Below are positions 1-12,995 of a DNA stretch of 64,000 nt, in pieces. The position numbers and the translations under genes are program-made. A model generated the notes under the pieces. That model saw nothing but the letters and a program-made list of their open reading frames with translations. It did no database searches and had not been told where the DNA came from. Source of the stretch: Tubiluchus corallicola. Its lineage: Eukaryota > Animalia > Priapulida. Position 1 is the stretch's first letter. Each line of letters begins with the position of its first letter. The stretch lies in the NCBI GenBank assembly GCA_030141605.1, contig JAQGDQ010001002.1:7180-71179 (forward strand), written 5' to 3'.

Positions 1-778
1 TTATGATTGAACTCTCAAATGGCTGTTTAAGATAAGTGCTATTTTTGTAAGAAATTAAGTAGCCCTTGATGTGTTTGTATTTTTCGTTATCAGTGACACG
101 TTTGCCAAAAAAGAAAATTTGCCACAAGATAATGATCTCCGCAAACGAAGTTAAGCAACATAAAGCCCGGTTAATAAATGAATAGTGACTACTGAATGAT
201 GAATGAATAATGGCTCGTAGTAAACTTATCTATAAATTTGTGCCTTTTGAGGAATCATGGGTACGCATTCTGACCAGCCACAAGGTTGTTCATTAAAGTA
301 TCCACTGACTTTGAATACTGGCAGACAGCTTGCTAAATGCAGGACTGTAATTCACTCAACCAAAAAAAACACACCAAAAAAACAACACAAGAGCTGCTAT
401 AATATTATGAGAAAATTAACTTTTAATGCACGTAATTAAAAATTGTCATTTTTTCAGATCCAAACTTTGTCTTTTTTCAAATTTTAAATTACCAAGATAG
501 TAATTAAGTACACACTTTTAAATGTAAATTTTATACTACATTTACTGTACTGACACCAGAAGTACTGTGATATTATATTGGTGTACATTTTTTTCAGATT
601 AAGCATTCCATTCTAAGATTGCTAACTACTATTGTTTATTTGTTTATCAAGCTTTCTTCATCAAGCCTTCGTATTCGTTATTACTTATTTTGACCCTGTA
701 TATTAACATCAGAGCTGCTATAAAATTATAAAAAAGTTAACGTTTATTGCATGTAATTAAAAGTTGTTATTTTTTCAG

Positions 779-809
779 ATACCCGTGTATTAGCTGCAAT
801 ATTAATTTG
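779..809 (+). other. Putative non-coding 5' UTR micro-exon of the C2HC zinc-finger gene
   Basis: tttttcag|ATACCC...AATTTG|gtaagt; the splice sites are retained in the inverted paralog at ~20671-20702. Confidence 0.55.
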
Positions 810-1078
810 GTAAGTTTCACTATTTTCTTGTTGAATTTTTAAATTTTAAATGACCCTACTGTCCGTGTGTCTGTTCGTCCACTGTCCACAATAGGTTTTT
901 CTCTTGTATTTCTGTAACAAATGATCGGATGGTTATGAAACTCGTGCGATTCGAACTCAAGATCATGTGCAGTTAGAATCTTGACATTGCTAAAATGGTT
1001 TTAGCTGACCGAGCCGTAAATAACACTTCATTCTTTTGCTTATTTCAGATTGAAGCGTCACGATTATCTTTTTGGATC

Positions 1079-1089
1079 ATGCCTAAGCG
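1079..1089 (+). CDS. C2HC zinc-finger protein, coding exon 1 (MPKR; the exon begins at 1049)
   Basis: tatttcag acceptor at 1048; ATG CCT AAG CG|gtaagt, phase 2, joins the next exon in frame. Confidence 0.75.
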
Positions 1090-1544
1090 GTAAGTAAAGA
1101 AATTTTGCTTTTTAGCCAGAAAACCTTTCCATTTACTTTTTTATTTTCTGCATATGTACCATTGTCCAAACAAACAGAAATATTTTTCTTCTCTTAATTG
1201 TCTCGTGTGGTGTGAGATTATTCTTTATTTATATAACTTTTTACAGGATCATCTTACAATTTATTTTTGAAACATTTTAAGTTAACAAGCCAGCCCCACG
1301 TCTGTTGTGTTTGAAATCATTAAAAATTTCAACACTCAATAACCTGAAGACTTTGCTGCCAGTAAACAGAACATCATTTTTCTTGTAACAAAACTTTAAA
1401 CAATATAATATATTTTGTGTTATTATAGTGATAAAAAAGTCAAATCAAATTTACTACATACCCTTACTGTCTTGTATTAACCGCTGTTGTTTTCTTTTTC
1501 TGTTAAACTAGTAAAATGAAATGACGTTTTTCTTCTTTTTTCAG

Positions 1545-1718
1545 TTGCCATTGGTTTGCCCAGTGTGGGGGGCAGGGGAACATCAACCCCCGGTACGCCA
1601 CGCACAGGGCCACGTCTGCCTGTGCGTGGCGCTACGAGCGGCAGCGCCAGAGGGAGCTGGTGGCAGGGGTGGATGCTCGGCCACCCCTGCAAGAGGTCCA
1701 GAGCAAGCCGAAGCCAGT
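1545..1718 (+). CDS. C2HC zinc-finger protein, exon 2 (finger 1: CHWFAQCGGQGNINPRYATHRATSAC)
   Basis: GC-rich island with tttttcag| and |gtaagt, phase 2-2; resembles the MYT1/L3MBTL-type CCHHC consensus CPTPGCDGSGHxxGxYxxHRSxxGCP. Confidence 0.85.
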
Positions 1719-2100
1719 GTAAGTAGACACGATTATAATTACAAATTAGCTTTTTCAGTAGAACCGTTCATTTCGCCCCCTCGTGGCTATAGTTTTCGTT
1801 TTTGTTTACTTTGTAGTTTCGTTTTTGTTTACTTTACACAAAACATTACCGTTTAGTCTTTGTGAAGCAAACAATGCATAATAAATTAACAGCTAGCTTA
1901 TTACAATCATTTCATGGAGTTTTCATATCGTCTTAATCGACACGAACTGGAACGTTGTCTCTGGTCATTTCATTCCATCCGAGATATTGCTGATTTTTCG
2001 ATAGTTAATTATTGTACCAAAAAGAAAAAATGATTATAGCAAATGACGTCAACAATCATTTAAAGTTACGTCACTGTTTTTTGTATCGTAGTATAATGGT

Positions 2101-2255
2101 AATGATAAGAATAGAATAAGGATGATGATGGTGACAATGATGGTGGTAATGATAATGATGGTGGTGATGGTAATGATGTTGGTGATGGTAATGGTAATCA
2201 TTTAGAGAGAGATGGGAGAGAGAGAGAGAGCGAGAGAGAGAGAGAGAGAGAGAGA
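2101..2255. repeat. (GAT/GGT)n and (GA)n microsatellites
   Basis: Directly visible. Confidence 0.9.
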
Positions 2256-2814
2256 GGCATGGAAGGAAGAAGCAAGAATGAATGTCGTAGTCACCAGGAA
2301 ACATGATGACCTAGTGGTTATGAAATTGTTTTCGTAATTCAAATGTGTCTGTTTCAAATTCAGGCTGAGTTCCAGCTATTTACTTTCTTGTCTTCTGGAG
2401 TTTAATGTGTATCAACATTCATAATAATTGTGGTTTTCTACATAGCAAGTATTTCACTATGTTGGTTGCAGTAGTTCATTTAGCTGCTGAAAGAGACGGC
2501 TTGCTAAATTCTGTTGTTTCTTAATTGAGCACAATATTTACTCGAGTAGTTGTGAACTGTAACTGAACAACTGACCTACCAACTTTGAGCAATTTTCGTC
2601 CAAGAAGTCATGGGTAACTTGAATATGACTTAATATATTTTTGGTTAAAACGTTTTAGACATGAATAATCTATGGCTATATAAATAATAATAATTATAAT
2701 TGTCCTTAACAATGTTTAGGACACTAATAGTCCAATGATAACAGCTTATTTTCAGAGTAGTTTTGATAGAACCCGCTTGGCAGAACGAGCGGTAATTAAA
2801 TCTTTATTATTACG

Positions 2815-2880
2815 TGTCAGGAATTGAACCCGCGACCTCCAGGATGGGAAACGAACACATTACAATTGAGCTAACCCCCG
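2815..2880 (-). mobile_element. Degenerate tRNA-derived SINE head
   Basis: The reverse complement contains A-box-like TAGCTCAATTG and B-box-like GGTTCAATTCC. Confidence 0.45.
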
Positions 2881-3483
2881 AAATTTTTGCTCTTAAATAA
2901 CACATAGCAACAAAATATTTGCTGTTTCTTTTCAGTTAGATGTGCAAATTTGTGCTTTCAACACTAGAAAATTGATATTTCATTTATTTTTCTTTCCATT
3001 TGGAGATGTCCAATATGTCAGCTTGTATAGTCAATGTTTATAATGAACCTACCAGAGTTGAACTTGTGCGTTAAGAGGATTGATCAGTTTTTCAAACACG
3101 TGCTTAACAAATTGCCAGCAAATAGGAGTCATTTAGTTCCAACAATTTCTAATGTAGTTTTATTAACTTCTTAAACATGCAGATTTTTCAGAGATTTTTT
3201 TGAGAATAGTTTGATTCAATATCGTTTATTGCTTTCGTTAATGAGCTGTGGAAAAATTGGGATACGCAATCCCGATTTTATACCAGCAAATAGGAGTCAG
3301 TTAGTTCCAACAAATTTCTCATGTAGTTTTATTAAATTTGTTTATCCATAAAGTTATTAAACTGGAAGTGCATCTTCCCATCATATAAGTTTTTTAGTCT
3401 TCTTTGCTGTTAATTTTTTTCGGAGTTTGACAAAATGACTGTACGTTTTGTAGAAAAATGAAAATTATTTTTGTCTCTTTTAG

Positions 3484-3615
3484 GCGAAGGTGCCCAAACT
3501 TTGTCAGTTGCGGAGGGCAGGGGAATGTAGTGGAGGGTCGGGGCAGGCACTACGTGATGGCAAACTGTCCTTTTGAGCAGGAGGCGGTGCCTGTCCCGGC
3601 CGTGCGTGTGACCAG
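3484..3615 (+). CDS. C2HC zinc-finger protein, exon 3 (finger 2: CPNFVSCGGQGNVVEGRGRHYVMANCP)
   Basis: GC-rich island with ctttag| and |gtaagc, phase 2-2, open in frame; same C-x5-CGGQGN-x7-H-x5-C spacing as finger 1. Confidence 0.85.
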
Positions 3616-4667
3616 GTAAGCGGATTTTTTTTTATAACTTAAACCTAACAAAAAGGAAATCTTAATTTTACTGTATTTTTATTTCGTGTACAATTGTCAG
3701 AAGTGCACAGTTAGAACTGACTTTCAAGCCTTAAATTTCAACTTAGGAGTAAAACCCGCAAATGTCTTATTACCAGAGAATGGAGTTGTAAAGTAATAAT
3801 GAACTTTAACCTTTCCAAGAGTACTACAACTACGCTCGCAAAAAACGATCTTTCAAGAGAAATCATTTTATACAGTCGTCTAACTGTAAATGTTCTGGAA
3901 TTCATTACGGTCAAAAACCTAACAATGGCTTTTGTAAAGAGCTTGAAAAGAAAAAGGGAACATTCGTCCAAAACCTAATAAAAGGTGAGAGAGACTGAAT
4001 AAACTGAGGAAAAAAATCACAGATTTCAATGTTTACTTGATCAGCTGATTTAGAGAAACCCCGTCAACACGTGTTACGCTGTAGAAGCATACCTGGATGG
4101 AGTGACCCAGTTTTGTCCCTTTAAATCGCCACGCTGTATCAAGGAAAGAAACGCGGTACAAGGCAGTTAGACCAGTGATGTATAAAAGCACAAAACTGGT
4201 TAAACTTTGTCTCTAAACGTGTTAGAGGCCTGATATGCAAAAACATGCTGTTAGACATCTCTAAGAAATGACAAAATTTAGCTGAAGAAACTTTAGTTTA
4301 CTAATAATAACTGGCATTATAGACTAGCAAAGGCATTGCAACTTGTCAGTTTAACAGTACAAATGCTAACTCCCAATGTTCAGTAATGCACAAACGTCTT
4401 CTGCTTTTTATGCTGGAACAGTGAATGGACGTATTAACTGATACTTTACGTAGGTTTTATATGACTTAATAACATGCCAAATGTCAGCATAATAATCGGC
4501 CCATGTGACGACGCAAATAGCCACCAAAGTACTTTGCATTTTGCTATGAGTTATACAGCATCTCCCCGATGACACCCCACCCCCAATTTTATTGAGAAAA
4601 TGTAAGAGGTCATATTAACGACTTTCTAGAGGCTTACATGTTTGCTAAACAAGGATTTATTTTTCAG

Positions 4668-4776
4668 AGCTTATCCAACTGGAGTTGGACGACCGATGCC
4701 TGTTCGTCGGGTGCGGCCTGCTGATTTCCGACCGCACCCTTATGCTCGACGACGGATTGCGGTTGCTCCTGTTGAG
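4668..4776 (+). CDS. C2HC zinc-finger protein, exon 4 (Arg/Pro-rich, RPHPY PY-NLS-like motif)
   Basis: ttttcag| and |gtagga, phase 2-0; translates AYPTGVGRPMPVRRVRPADFRPHPYARRRIAVAPVE. Confidence 0.8.
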
Positions 4777-6956
4777 GTAGGATAGTTTTATTTCGTTTAC
4801 TTTATTATTACATGGTTGTACAGGAAAACACTGCAAATTCTAACCCTAACCTTAATCCTAAACCATAAAAGCAAACAGAATAACAATGATTATATATAAT
4901 ATTTATGCTTACAATAATTTATGTAATATGTACACCTTTGTACACATATTACTGTTTGAATGAAAATTTACTGTACATGAATATAAATGTACATAAAAAA
5001 TATCATAAGCTGTTTTGCGTAAAGAAATATTAACAGCTCGAGCTTTTGTTTTATTAAAGAATGCGCAGGTAATTTTTTCTAGTCCATCCTGTATCATGTT
5101 TATTGTTCAAAGCGTTTGCTCGTCAATATAATGCATTTGCATTGTGGTCCAAGTTTTTCCAATCAAATATACATTGTTATAAGTAATTAACAATGGCAGA
5201 TTTTGTTGTAAAAATTTGTAAATTCTTGTAATATGAATGAAAGATTCCTTAAATCTCACTAATTGAATCTCACTTTCGTTGCAATAAACTAAATCACAAC
5301 AAATTTTATATAATTTTTATTAAAAAGGGAAAATATGATTTTATTGTTTATCGCAAAAAAATTTCCAAACAAAGTCATATTAATTAGTATATAAGCTTAC
5401 ATGATTGACGAACACTGTGCTAAGTAGAAAATGAAATTCTAAATAATTTAAAATGTTCCCACCAACTGTTAAGACGGCATTGCAAGCGCCTTCCCAGTGT
5501 GCACCACTGATTCACCAAAAACACATTATTGATCCTATTGACAACACAAAGTAATTTATACATTTGTTTAGTTAGTGAAGAGTGTCCTATTCTTCATAGT
5601 TTACCCAATGTTATCTAAACTTTATTCAAATGTTTTGCCTTTGAAGTTTCAAGTTTTATACAGCATTACTGCTTATCTAGGTTTTGTGCACAATAAGGTA
5701 GCATGTAAGTGATAAGAAATTTGAAAATTAAGATAATTTATTCCTATTTTTTTAATTAATTTCTTTTTTCCTGCTGACAACTGCTAATCTGTAATGGAAA
5801 CGTTGATTTTTTCTTATTAAAATGATATAAAGTTCCCTGATATCGTGAGACATTTATCAAACTCATGCCATTGTTCTTGTTAAGAAATTGAAACTATGAC
5901 ACCATAATAAGAAAGATAACTGTATATTTGTACAAGGGTTTGACGGAATTAGGCCTGCTTAAAAGTGTAGTTGGCAAATTGTATATTTGTACAAGGGTTT
6001 GGCAGAATTAGCCCTGCTTAAAAGTATAGTTGGCAAACTGCATATTTACAGTTCATACTATAAATAAATTAACTAAATCATTTAGTACAGATTGTGTTTT
6101 GTGTTACGCAACTAATATTTTTATAAATCTCTTTATATTTTTTATAAATATTCAACAGTACTGTGAGCCTGCACGTATTGAACACTTTTAGTGACAGGTT
6201 TGTCTAGTGCATATGTGCATTGTGCTTGTACATGCATATATATTTATGTAAATATTTTTGCTGGAATTATTTGTAATTTTTACAGCTACGTGGTTAAAGT
6301 GGTTTTTGATGCATGCTCTATTCTTTAAGTTAAAGTAAATGGAAAATCGCAGAAATGTTGTGATAAACATCATATTTTTATCTTTTTGGAAATGCCAAGT
6401 GTGTGGACATTCGGCAAGTATATCAAAAAGGGAGGCGTTCCTTTGAGGACTGTTCTAAAAAGGGCTGTTTGGTCCCAACTAGAGCTCAATACTTTCTACT
6501 TTTTGTTCCTCTTCTGCATCAATAGGGCTCTGTGCAATTTCCCGTTTAAGTTGTTTCAAATGTTCTATGTCAAGATGATTAAGATCTGTTGACTCTGGCA
6601 TAATTCTGCTGTGTATATATGAGTAAATGAATATTTTGCTGCCCTCTGTTAAAGGCTTAATGCATTAACTGTAATTGTTTTTCGTATGTGCCTAGCTGAC
6701 ATTGTTTCGATGTTTGATCTGCAAAAGTTTTATGGCCATAATTTGAAAAGCACTCAAACTTGTAACGCCTGTTTTATTTACATGCAAGGACTAATACAGT
6801 GAAACTTCAGCCTTGTGTTTGTAGGGCACTTGCTTTTGATATTATTGTAATCAAAACTTCGGTGCATTTTTTCTGTGCCACCCGATATTAGATTCTATTT
6901 TGTATATACAGCGTAGTACTTTTTTGTAAACTAAATTATTGCTTTTTTTATTCTAG

Positions 6957-7367
6957 CACGTTGTTCCAGCTCCAGTTGGAGATGTTTGTGAGGCGGCCTG
7001 CTACCCACAGGCGTTCCATCCGGAGGAGCTTCGTCGATCATCTACCTCCTCCGTGGGTAGCAGCGACTCGGAGGACTCCGTTGCCAGGGGTATCGAGGAG
7101 TGGAGGGAGAGTGTTGGATTCAGGAAGGAGCATGGATTTGCTCTTCCTGGATACCCCTGGCCACCGTCGCCTGGCCGTCCCAGGCGGCGGTCTCGTTCGG
7201 ATGAGGAGGAAGAAGAGCAGGAGCGTGTCCGGCGTGTTCTGGAGGAACGGGAGCGGATTTTGTCGGACACGTATGTCGATAGTGACCTGGATACATCACA
7301 TGATGTCAGTGATTATGAGCGTTGGCGGTGGGAAGCCATTCATGGACAGCCATGGTTTTCTGATTAA
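6957..7367 (+). CDS. C2HC zinc-finger protein, terminal exon 5 (Ser/acidic tail, Trp-rich C-terminus)
   Basis: ttattctag| phase 0, in frame with ORF 7053..7367; joined CDS is 837 nt (278 aa) with no internal stop. Confidence 0.8.
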   Translation, partial: HVVPAPVGDVCEAACYPQAFHPEELRRSSTSSVGSSDSEDSVARGIEEWRESVGFRKEHGFALPGYPWPPSPGRPRRRSRSDEEEEEQERVRRVLEERERILSDTYVDSDLDTSHDVSDYERWRWEAIHGQPWFSD

Positions 7368-8020
7368 GATGTTTTTGGTATGTCTTTTTTCTCTACAATT
7401 ACTTATTGTAATCTCCTGCAAGTAAGACAATGAAATGTCATAGGTGCTCTAGTGGTGATTCCCAAGGGGGGCGGGGAGGAGAAGTCACCCTCTTCCTCCT
7501 TCTCTGACTAGTTGGAGTAGTTTCACACAAGAAACTTTTTTGTTACCCATTAACCCAAACGTGTAACAGTAATTTTCATCTCACTATGTCAGCATGCCGC
7601 AGTATCCATGTTTTTTCTGCAAACAATTGTAGCATTTTGACCTTTTTTTCATTTTTATATAGGAAAACGTGCAATGGTGTATGTTAATGGTGCAGCATCA
7701 TCATGTATTTTGTGCAACATTCACTACAATTACTGAGAACATCAGATGTGCAGCACAGTGAGTGGAATCATGAACTTCTGTGCAGTATATGGAATGCAAG
7801 GAGTGGCAACACTGGATTGTCTTGCTTAACACAAGATCAGATGTACAAAGCAATGTTTTCTACAACAAATGGAGACATTAGATGCCTAATGCAACAACAA
7901 GGTTTTTTACATTCCTGTTATATTTTATTGTGTGTTGTGTCATAGAAAAAGCCATTACAATTATCCTCATAGTATGCTTTATATGAAACACTTGTTTCTG
8001 ATGCAATGTAATATTCTTAA

Positions 8021-8160
8021 ATTGATGCTTTAACATTCAGCATCCCTGGCCCTATTCTGCATCATCAATTGATGCTTTAACATTCAGCATCCCTGGCCCT
8101 ATTCTGCATCATCAATTGATGCTTTAACATTCAGCATCCCTGGGTCTATTCTACATCATC
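8021..8160. repeat. 47-bp tandem repeat, 3 copies
   Basis: attgatgctttaacattcagcatccctggccctattctgcatcatca repeated. Confidence 0.9.
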
Positions 8161-9014
8161 ATTTCTATTCAGCTTCAGTTTGATGATTCTCTAATGTGTC
8201 TATGCTATGAAGGACACGCCTCTTTTCTTTCTGTTCAGTGTCTAAATGAGTTTGTTGTTTGTCAAGACGAGTCAAGTAATGAAGTGGAGACACCTGGTAG
8301 TTGGTCGCTACAACTTCTTTTTCAATGTATGACTTCATTTGTGCTAATTAGTCGTCAGGGAATCAAATTTATAAAATTCATTTCGCATTTTGCACGACTT
8401 TGCATTTCTTGGTATCATGCAGACTGCTTGTCATAATCTTTAGTTATTTTTCTCTCGGGGTGATAATATAGCGGGAGGATGAGTCACTCTTCTGTTTTCA
8501 TATTTTTATGTTTATACAAGCAAAGTTGGTCTTGCACGTAAGCGAGAGGGCATCATTGTTTCTATTGTGTTTTTCTGCTGTCATTTCATTAAATGATTTA
8601 AACCAAATTTTGCTTAAAGACTTTTTCTAGCCAATAAGAAACACTTGCAGGTTTTTTGGCGCCCCCTGGATGGTGTTTTGTTTGAAGATTGTTATGCAGG
8701 ATTTTGAGCATTTAATTTAAATTGTTTGATTGGTTCTTTTCGACCAAATTGTTTGATTGGTTCTTTTCGACCAGCGCATGCACATTGGGGGCACTATTAC
8801 TGCTCGATTTCAAGCAGTAGTCGACAGTTCTTGACGTGAAAGACAGATATTTTCAATTGTGAGAAATCTATAAGGTTCAGAAATAGTTTGTGTGCAACCT
8901 GCGGTTCAGAACTGGAATTATCTTTTTGCGTAACTTGTTATCCATATATTTACAAGGATACGCTCTAAAAATTAGTAAAACTTTTTCATTCAGAATGTCA
9001 AAATGATATCTTCC

Positions 9015-9700
9015 AACCTTGTGATTGTTTATTTACTGTTTTGATTACTTTTGTAACTGTCACTTCAACTGTGTCTTAGAACTCGAGAATTGTTAAGGAG
9101 CTAAGTCATCAAACTTAAGCAGGTCATAGCAAGAGATGGGAGAAAAATTGTTGTTGGGTAGGTGTTGACATGGGCGGGGGGCAGTTTAAGGTCAAAGTTT
9201 ACAACAAGTAGGGACTATGAGCGGCTGGGCAAACAAAGGTACTCCTCTTACTGTCCCAAGTGAGGAAGTGACATTGGAGAAGTGGTCGGTGACCTTGCGT
9301 GGGTGGATTGAGGTCAACGGAAGTGGAAGTTCATTAACTACTACAGAAGGGAAGTCATAAAACTACAAGAGCTTGTTGACTAACCTTATGCGACTCATAA
9401 TACGAAGTGGGCGAGTAACTAAGATGAGGTATTTGGTGAGTTTAAGTTGATAGTTCACAGTTAAACGTTGCAATAATTGCACAATTGCAATGAATTTGGC
9501 AAGCAAAGCTGGAGAACTTGCTATACCGGGCAGAGAACGAGTTTGGTTATGTAATCAGTGAGTTTTTATTGGTTGTTCTAGATAAAGAACGTTAAGATTT
9601 AAAAACTATTATAAGAAACAGTTTTAAAAGCTCAAGGAGCTGAGTGTTCAAACTGATGCAACTTATGTTACGTAATGAGGTTAGCGAATGACTTTGTTGG
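9015..9700 (+). repeat. Left arm of a ~680-bp inverted repeat (partner 12320-12995)
   Basis: For example gtaactgtcacttcaactgtgtcttagaactc at ~9055 versus gagttctaagacacagttgaagtgacagttac at ~12920. Confidence 0.85.
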
Positions 9701-11351
9701 TGGAGGTTCAAGGTTAGAAGCCGCACAATTGTAAAACTGTGGGCAGTACGAGGTCATGGGCTGCAACAACTTCTAAAACCACCAGTAGTTAGGCAAACAA
9801 AGGCTTGCAACGTATTTTTCTAAAGGGAGGGTGACTAATTATCATAAACTGTGGCAACTCAAAACATCTGTAAAAAGCAGTTGTACTGAATTACTGCTAA
9901 AGTGCAAGGCAACCAGTGCCAGGCTAATATTATTCATTTTGCCTCTCAATCTAGAACTACTGATGCTGGCAAGCTGATAGTGTACTTAGTGTACAACTGT
10001 GTACCATTTTCAAACTGTAAAACAGGGGACCTTACAACTGTGTACCGTTTTCAAACTGTAAAACAGGATACCTTACAAATGTGTGAAATTTTAAACTTTT
10101 TACATCGACAGTAAAAGAAGTAAAATGATTTTTTTAATTTCTTAGACATTTTTTCATTTACAATATCATTTCTATCATTTACACGTTTGTGTTGTTTATA
10201 ATAGTTCCAAATCTTATTGCTTCTGTGTTTAATTTTTACTTTTCGTTTTGCGGTCTGCGGTGATCAAACTGTTTAGTGACCCCCCCCCCCCCACCACCAC
10301 CACCACACACACTTGTTTCACTTGCAATTAATCAGTAGACCTATGCTAGCTAAGGTTTACTTATTATATCTGCTGCACTAATTTATGCAAGACAGTTTGA
10401 GTTGAAAACGTAATCATTAAGCTACTGTAGTGCAGACATTTTCTATGATCCAGTTCTGAAACGAAAATTTGTTGAAAATCCGCTTACTTGAGCAATTTTA
10501 AGACTTCCATGTTTTTTTAATTTCAAAAATGTTAGAAAAATATTCATAAACAATCATCGGAAAATTTGATGTGTCACATGTTCAAGCTGCAGCAGTTTTA
10601 GCAATAGTTAGAGATAGTTAGTGATAATTAGTGATAGTTAGTGATAATTAGTGATAGTTAGTTTTAGTTTTAGTTAGTAACAGGGCGGTAGGTAAGGAGC
10701 GTAGGGTCTCATGAATTAAAACTATAAAACTTGTTTTTATCAAGTGTTTTTTTATATTTATATGATATGCAAATCATTTAAAAGGTCCTACTCTCCTTGC
10801 CACGTTAGAGCCGTTAATTAATTTATTAATTAAAGAATAGATTATTTTATTCAAAGTCTTACAAAGTCTTCCAAAATTCACGAGATAAATAAGAAACAGT
10901 GAGACACGGCTTTTACTTTGTAAAACTTTGAATATCTTGCAGTTAGATCTGCACTAATTAGGATTACGTTAATTAATAGGCTCTGAATCATCAAGAGCGA
11001 CTGCAGCGCTGCCGGCAGCTGCTGCAGTAACTGTAGCAACTTGAACACTGCGGCGTTGTGTGTTGAAGATGTTATGATTAAAATATTGGGCTAAAACCAT
11101 CTTGTAATCTTGCCTTTAGTCCTGAGGTAGAAGTTGTTTTTACTGCAGTAATTTAACTGAAATTACAGCAATTAAACTTACTTCTCAATAAAGTGATATT
11201 AGATTGGGAAAAACTCTTTTAGCAGCAGATATAATTTTAATGATAAGTTGCAAGTGATATTTTTTTGTAAGAAAGCAGGCACATTTTATCATATTGTATC
11301 ACTGGCTACGTCATTATTGGTCACTCAACGTAGTTCTGTTAACTGTCCCTT

Positions 11352-12320
11352 TATAGAGAGTTTGAGTTGTCACTGAATTTAAACCACAAACTAAAGTCAC
11401 CTTTAGAAAGTTGAGTTGTCACTGAATTTAAACCACAAACTAAAGTCACCTATAGAGAGTTTGAGTTGTCACTGAATTTAAACCACAAACTAAAGTCACC
11501 TATAGAAAGTTTGAGTTGTCACTGAATTTAAACCACAAACTAAAGTCACCTATAGAAAGTTTGAGTTGTCACTGAATTTAAACCACAAACTAAAGTCACC
11601 TATAGAGAGTTGAGTTGTCACTGAATTTAAACCACAAACTAAAGTCACCTATAGAGAGTTGAGTTGTCACTGAATTTAAACCACAAACTAAAGTCACCTA
11701 TAGAGAGTTGAGTTGTCACTGAATTTAAACCACAAACTAAAGTCACCTATAGAGAGTTGAGTTGTCACTGAATTTAAACCACAAGCTAAAGTCACCTATA
11801 GAGAATTTGAGTTGTCACTGAATTTAAACCACAAACTAAAGTCACCTATAGAGAATATGAGTTGTCACTGAATTTAAACCACAAACTAAAGTCACCTATA
11901 GAGAATTTGAGTTGTCACTGAATTTAAACCACAAGCTAAAGTCACCTATAGAGAGTTGAGTTGTCACTGAATTTAAACCACAAACTAAAGTCACCTATAG
12001 AGAATTTGAGTTGTCACTGAATTTAAACCACAAGCTAAAGTCACCTATAGAGAGTCTGAGTTGTCACTGAATTTAAACCACAAACTAAAGTCACCTATAG
12101 AGAATTTGAGTTGTCACTGAATTTAAACTACAAACTAAAGTCACCTATAGAGAGCTGAGTTGTCACTGAATTTAAACCACAAACTAAAGTCACCTATAGA
12201 GAGTTTGAGTTGTCACTGAATTTAAACCACAAACTAAAGTCACCTATAGAGAATTTGAGTTGTCACTGAATTTAAACCACAAACTAAAGTCACCTATAGA
12301 GAATTTGAGTTGTCACTGTT
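11352..12320. repeat. 49-50-bp minisatellite, about 19-20 copies
   Basis: tatagagagtttgagttgtcactgaatttaaaccacaaactaaagtcacc. Confidence 0.95.
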
Positions 12321-12995
12321 CAGTTGAGGTTAAGTTGCATCAGTTCAGGCACACAACTGCCGCTTACCATTTTACTGCAATTGTCTCTTATAATTGTTTC
12401 TAAATCGTATCATCCTTTCCTCTTCAACCACTAATCTAAAGTCATTGATTTACTTCATCGATCTCCTTCTCCACCTGGTACAGTAAGTTATCTACCTTTC
12501 CTTTTCGAATTCTTTGCCGGTGTGCTTTTGTTGTCACCTTTACCTGTGAACCACCCACTCAAAGTCGCTGAATACCCCATCTTCGTTACTCATCTACCGC
12601 TTGTTATGAGTTGCATAATGTTTGTCAATGAGCTCCTTGCAGTTTTGTAACCTCCTTTCTCTAGTAGTTTTTAAACTTTCATCTCCTTTGACTTTAATCC
12701 ACCCACGCAAGGTCACTGACCACTTCTCCAATGTTACTTCCTCACTTGGTACAGTAAGAGGAGTACCTTTGTTTGTCCAGCCGCTCATAGTCCTTACTTG
12801 TTGTAAACTTTGACCCTAAACTGCACCCCCCCATGTCACCACCTACCCAACAATAATTTTTCTCCCCTCTCTTGCCATGACCTGCTTAAGTTTGATGACT
12901 TAACTCCTTAACAATTTTAGAGTTCTAAGACACAGTTGAAGTGACAGTTACATAAGTAATCCAAATAATAAATAAATAATTATTGGGTTGGAAAG
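12320..12995 (-). repeat. Right arm of the inverted repeat (partner 9015-9700)
   Basis: Reverse-complement similarity; includes the short ORF MSGWTNKGTPLTVPSEEVTLEKWSVTLRGW, also present in the left arm. Confidence 0.85.

Noticed and set aside
6386-6600. Decayed transposon-associated coding fragment on the minus strand (…DILAECPH…)
   Set aside because: Multiple stops and frameshifts; similarity too weak to call by eye
6961-7425. 154-aa ORF, and the 111-aa ORF at 1521-1856
   Set aside because: Alternative frames overlapping true exons; splice phases support the other frames
11352-12320. CRISPR-like array (also 16060-18000 and 59908-61119)
   Set aside because: Head-to-tail units with no unique spacers, eukaryotic context and no cas genes
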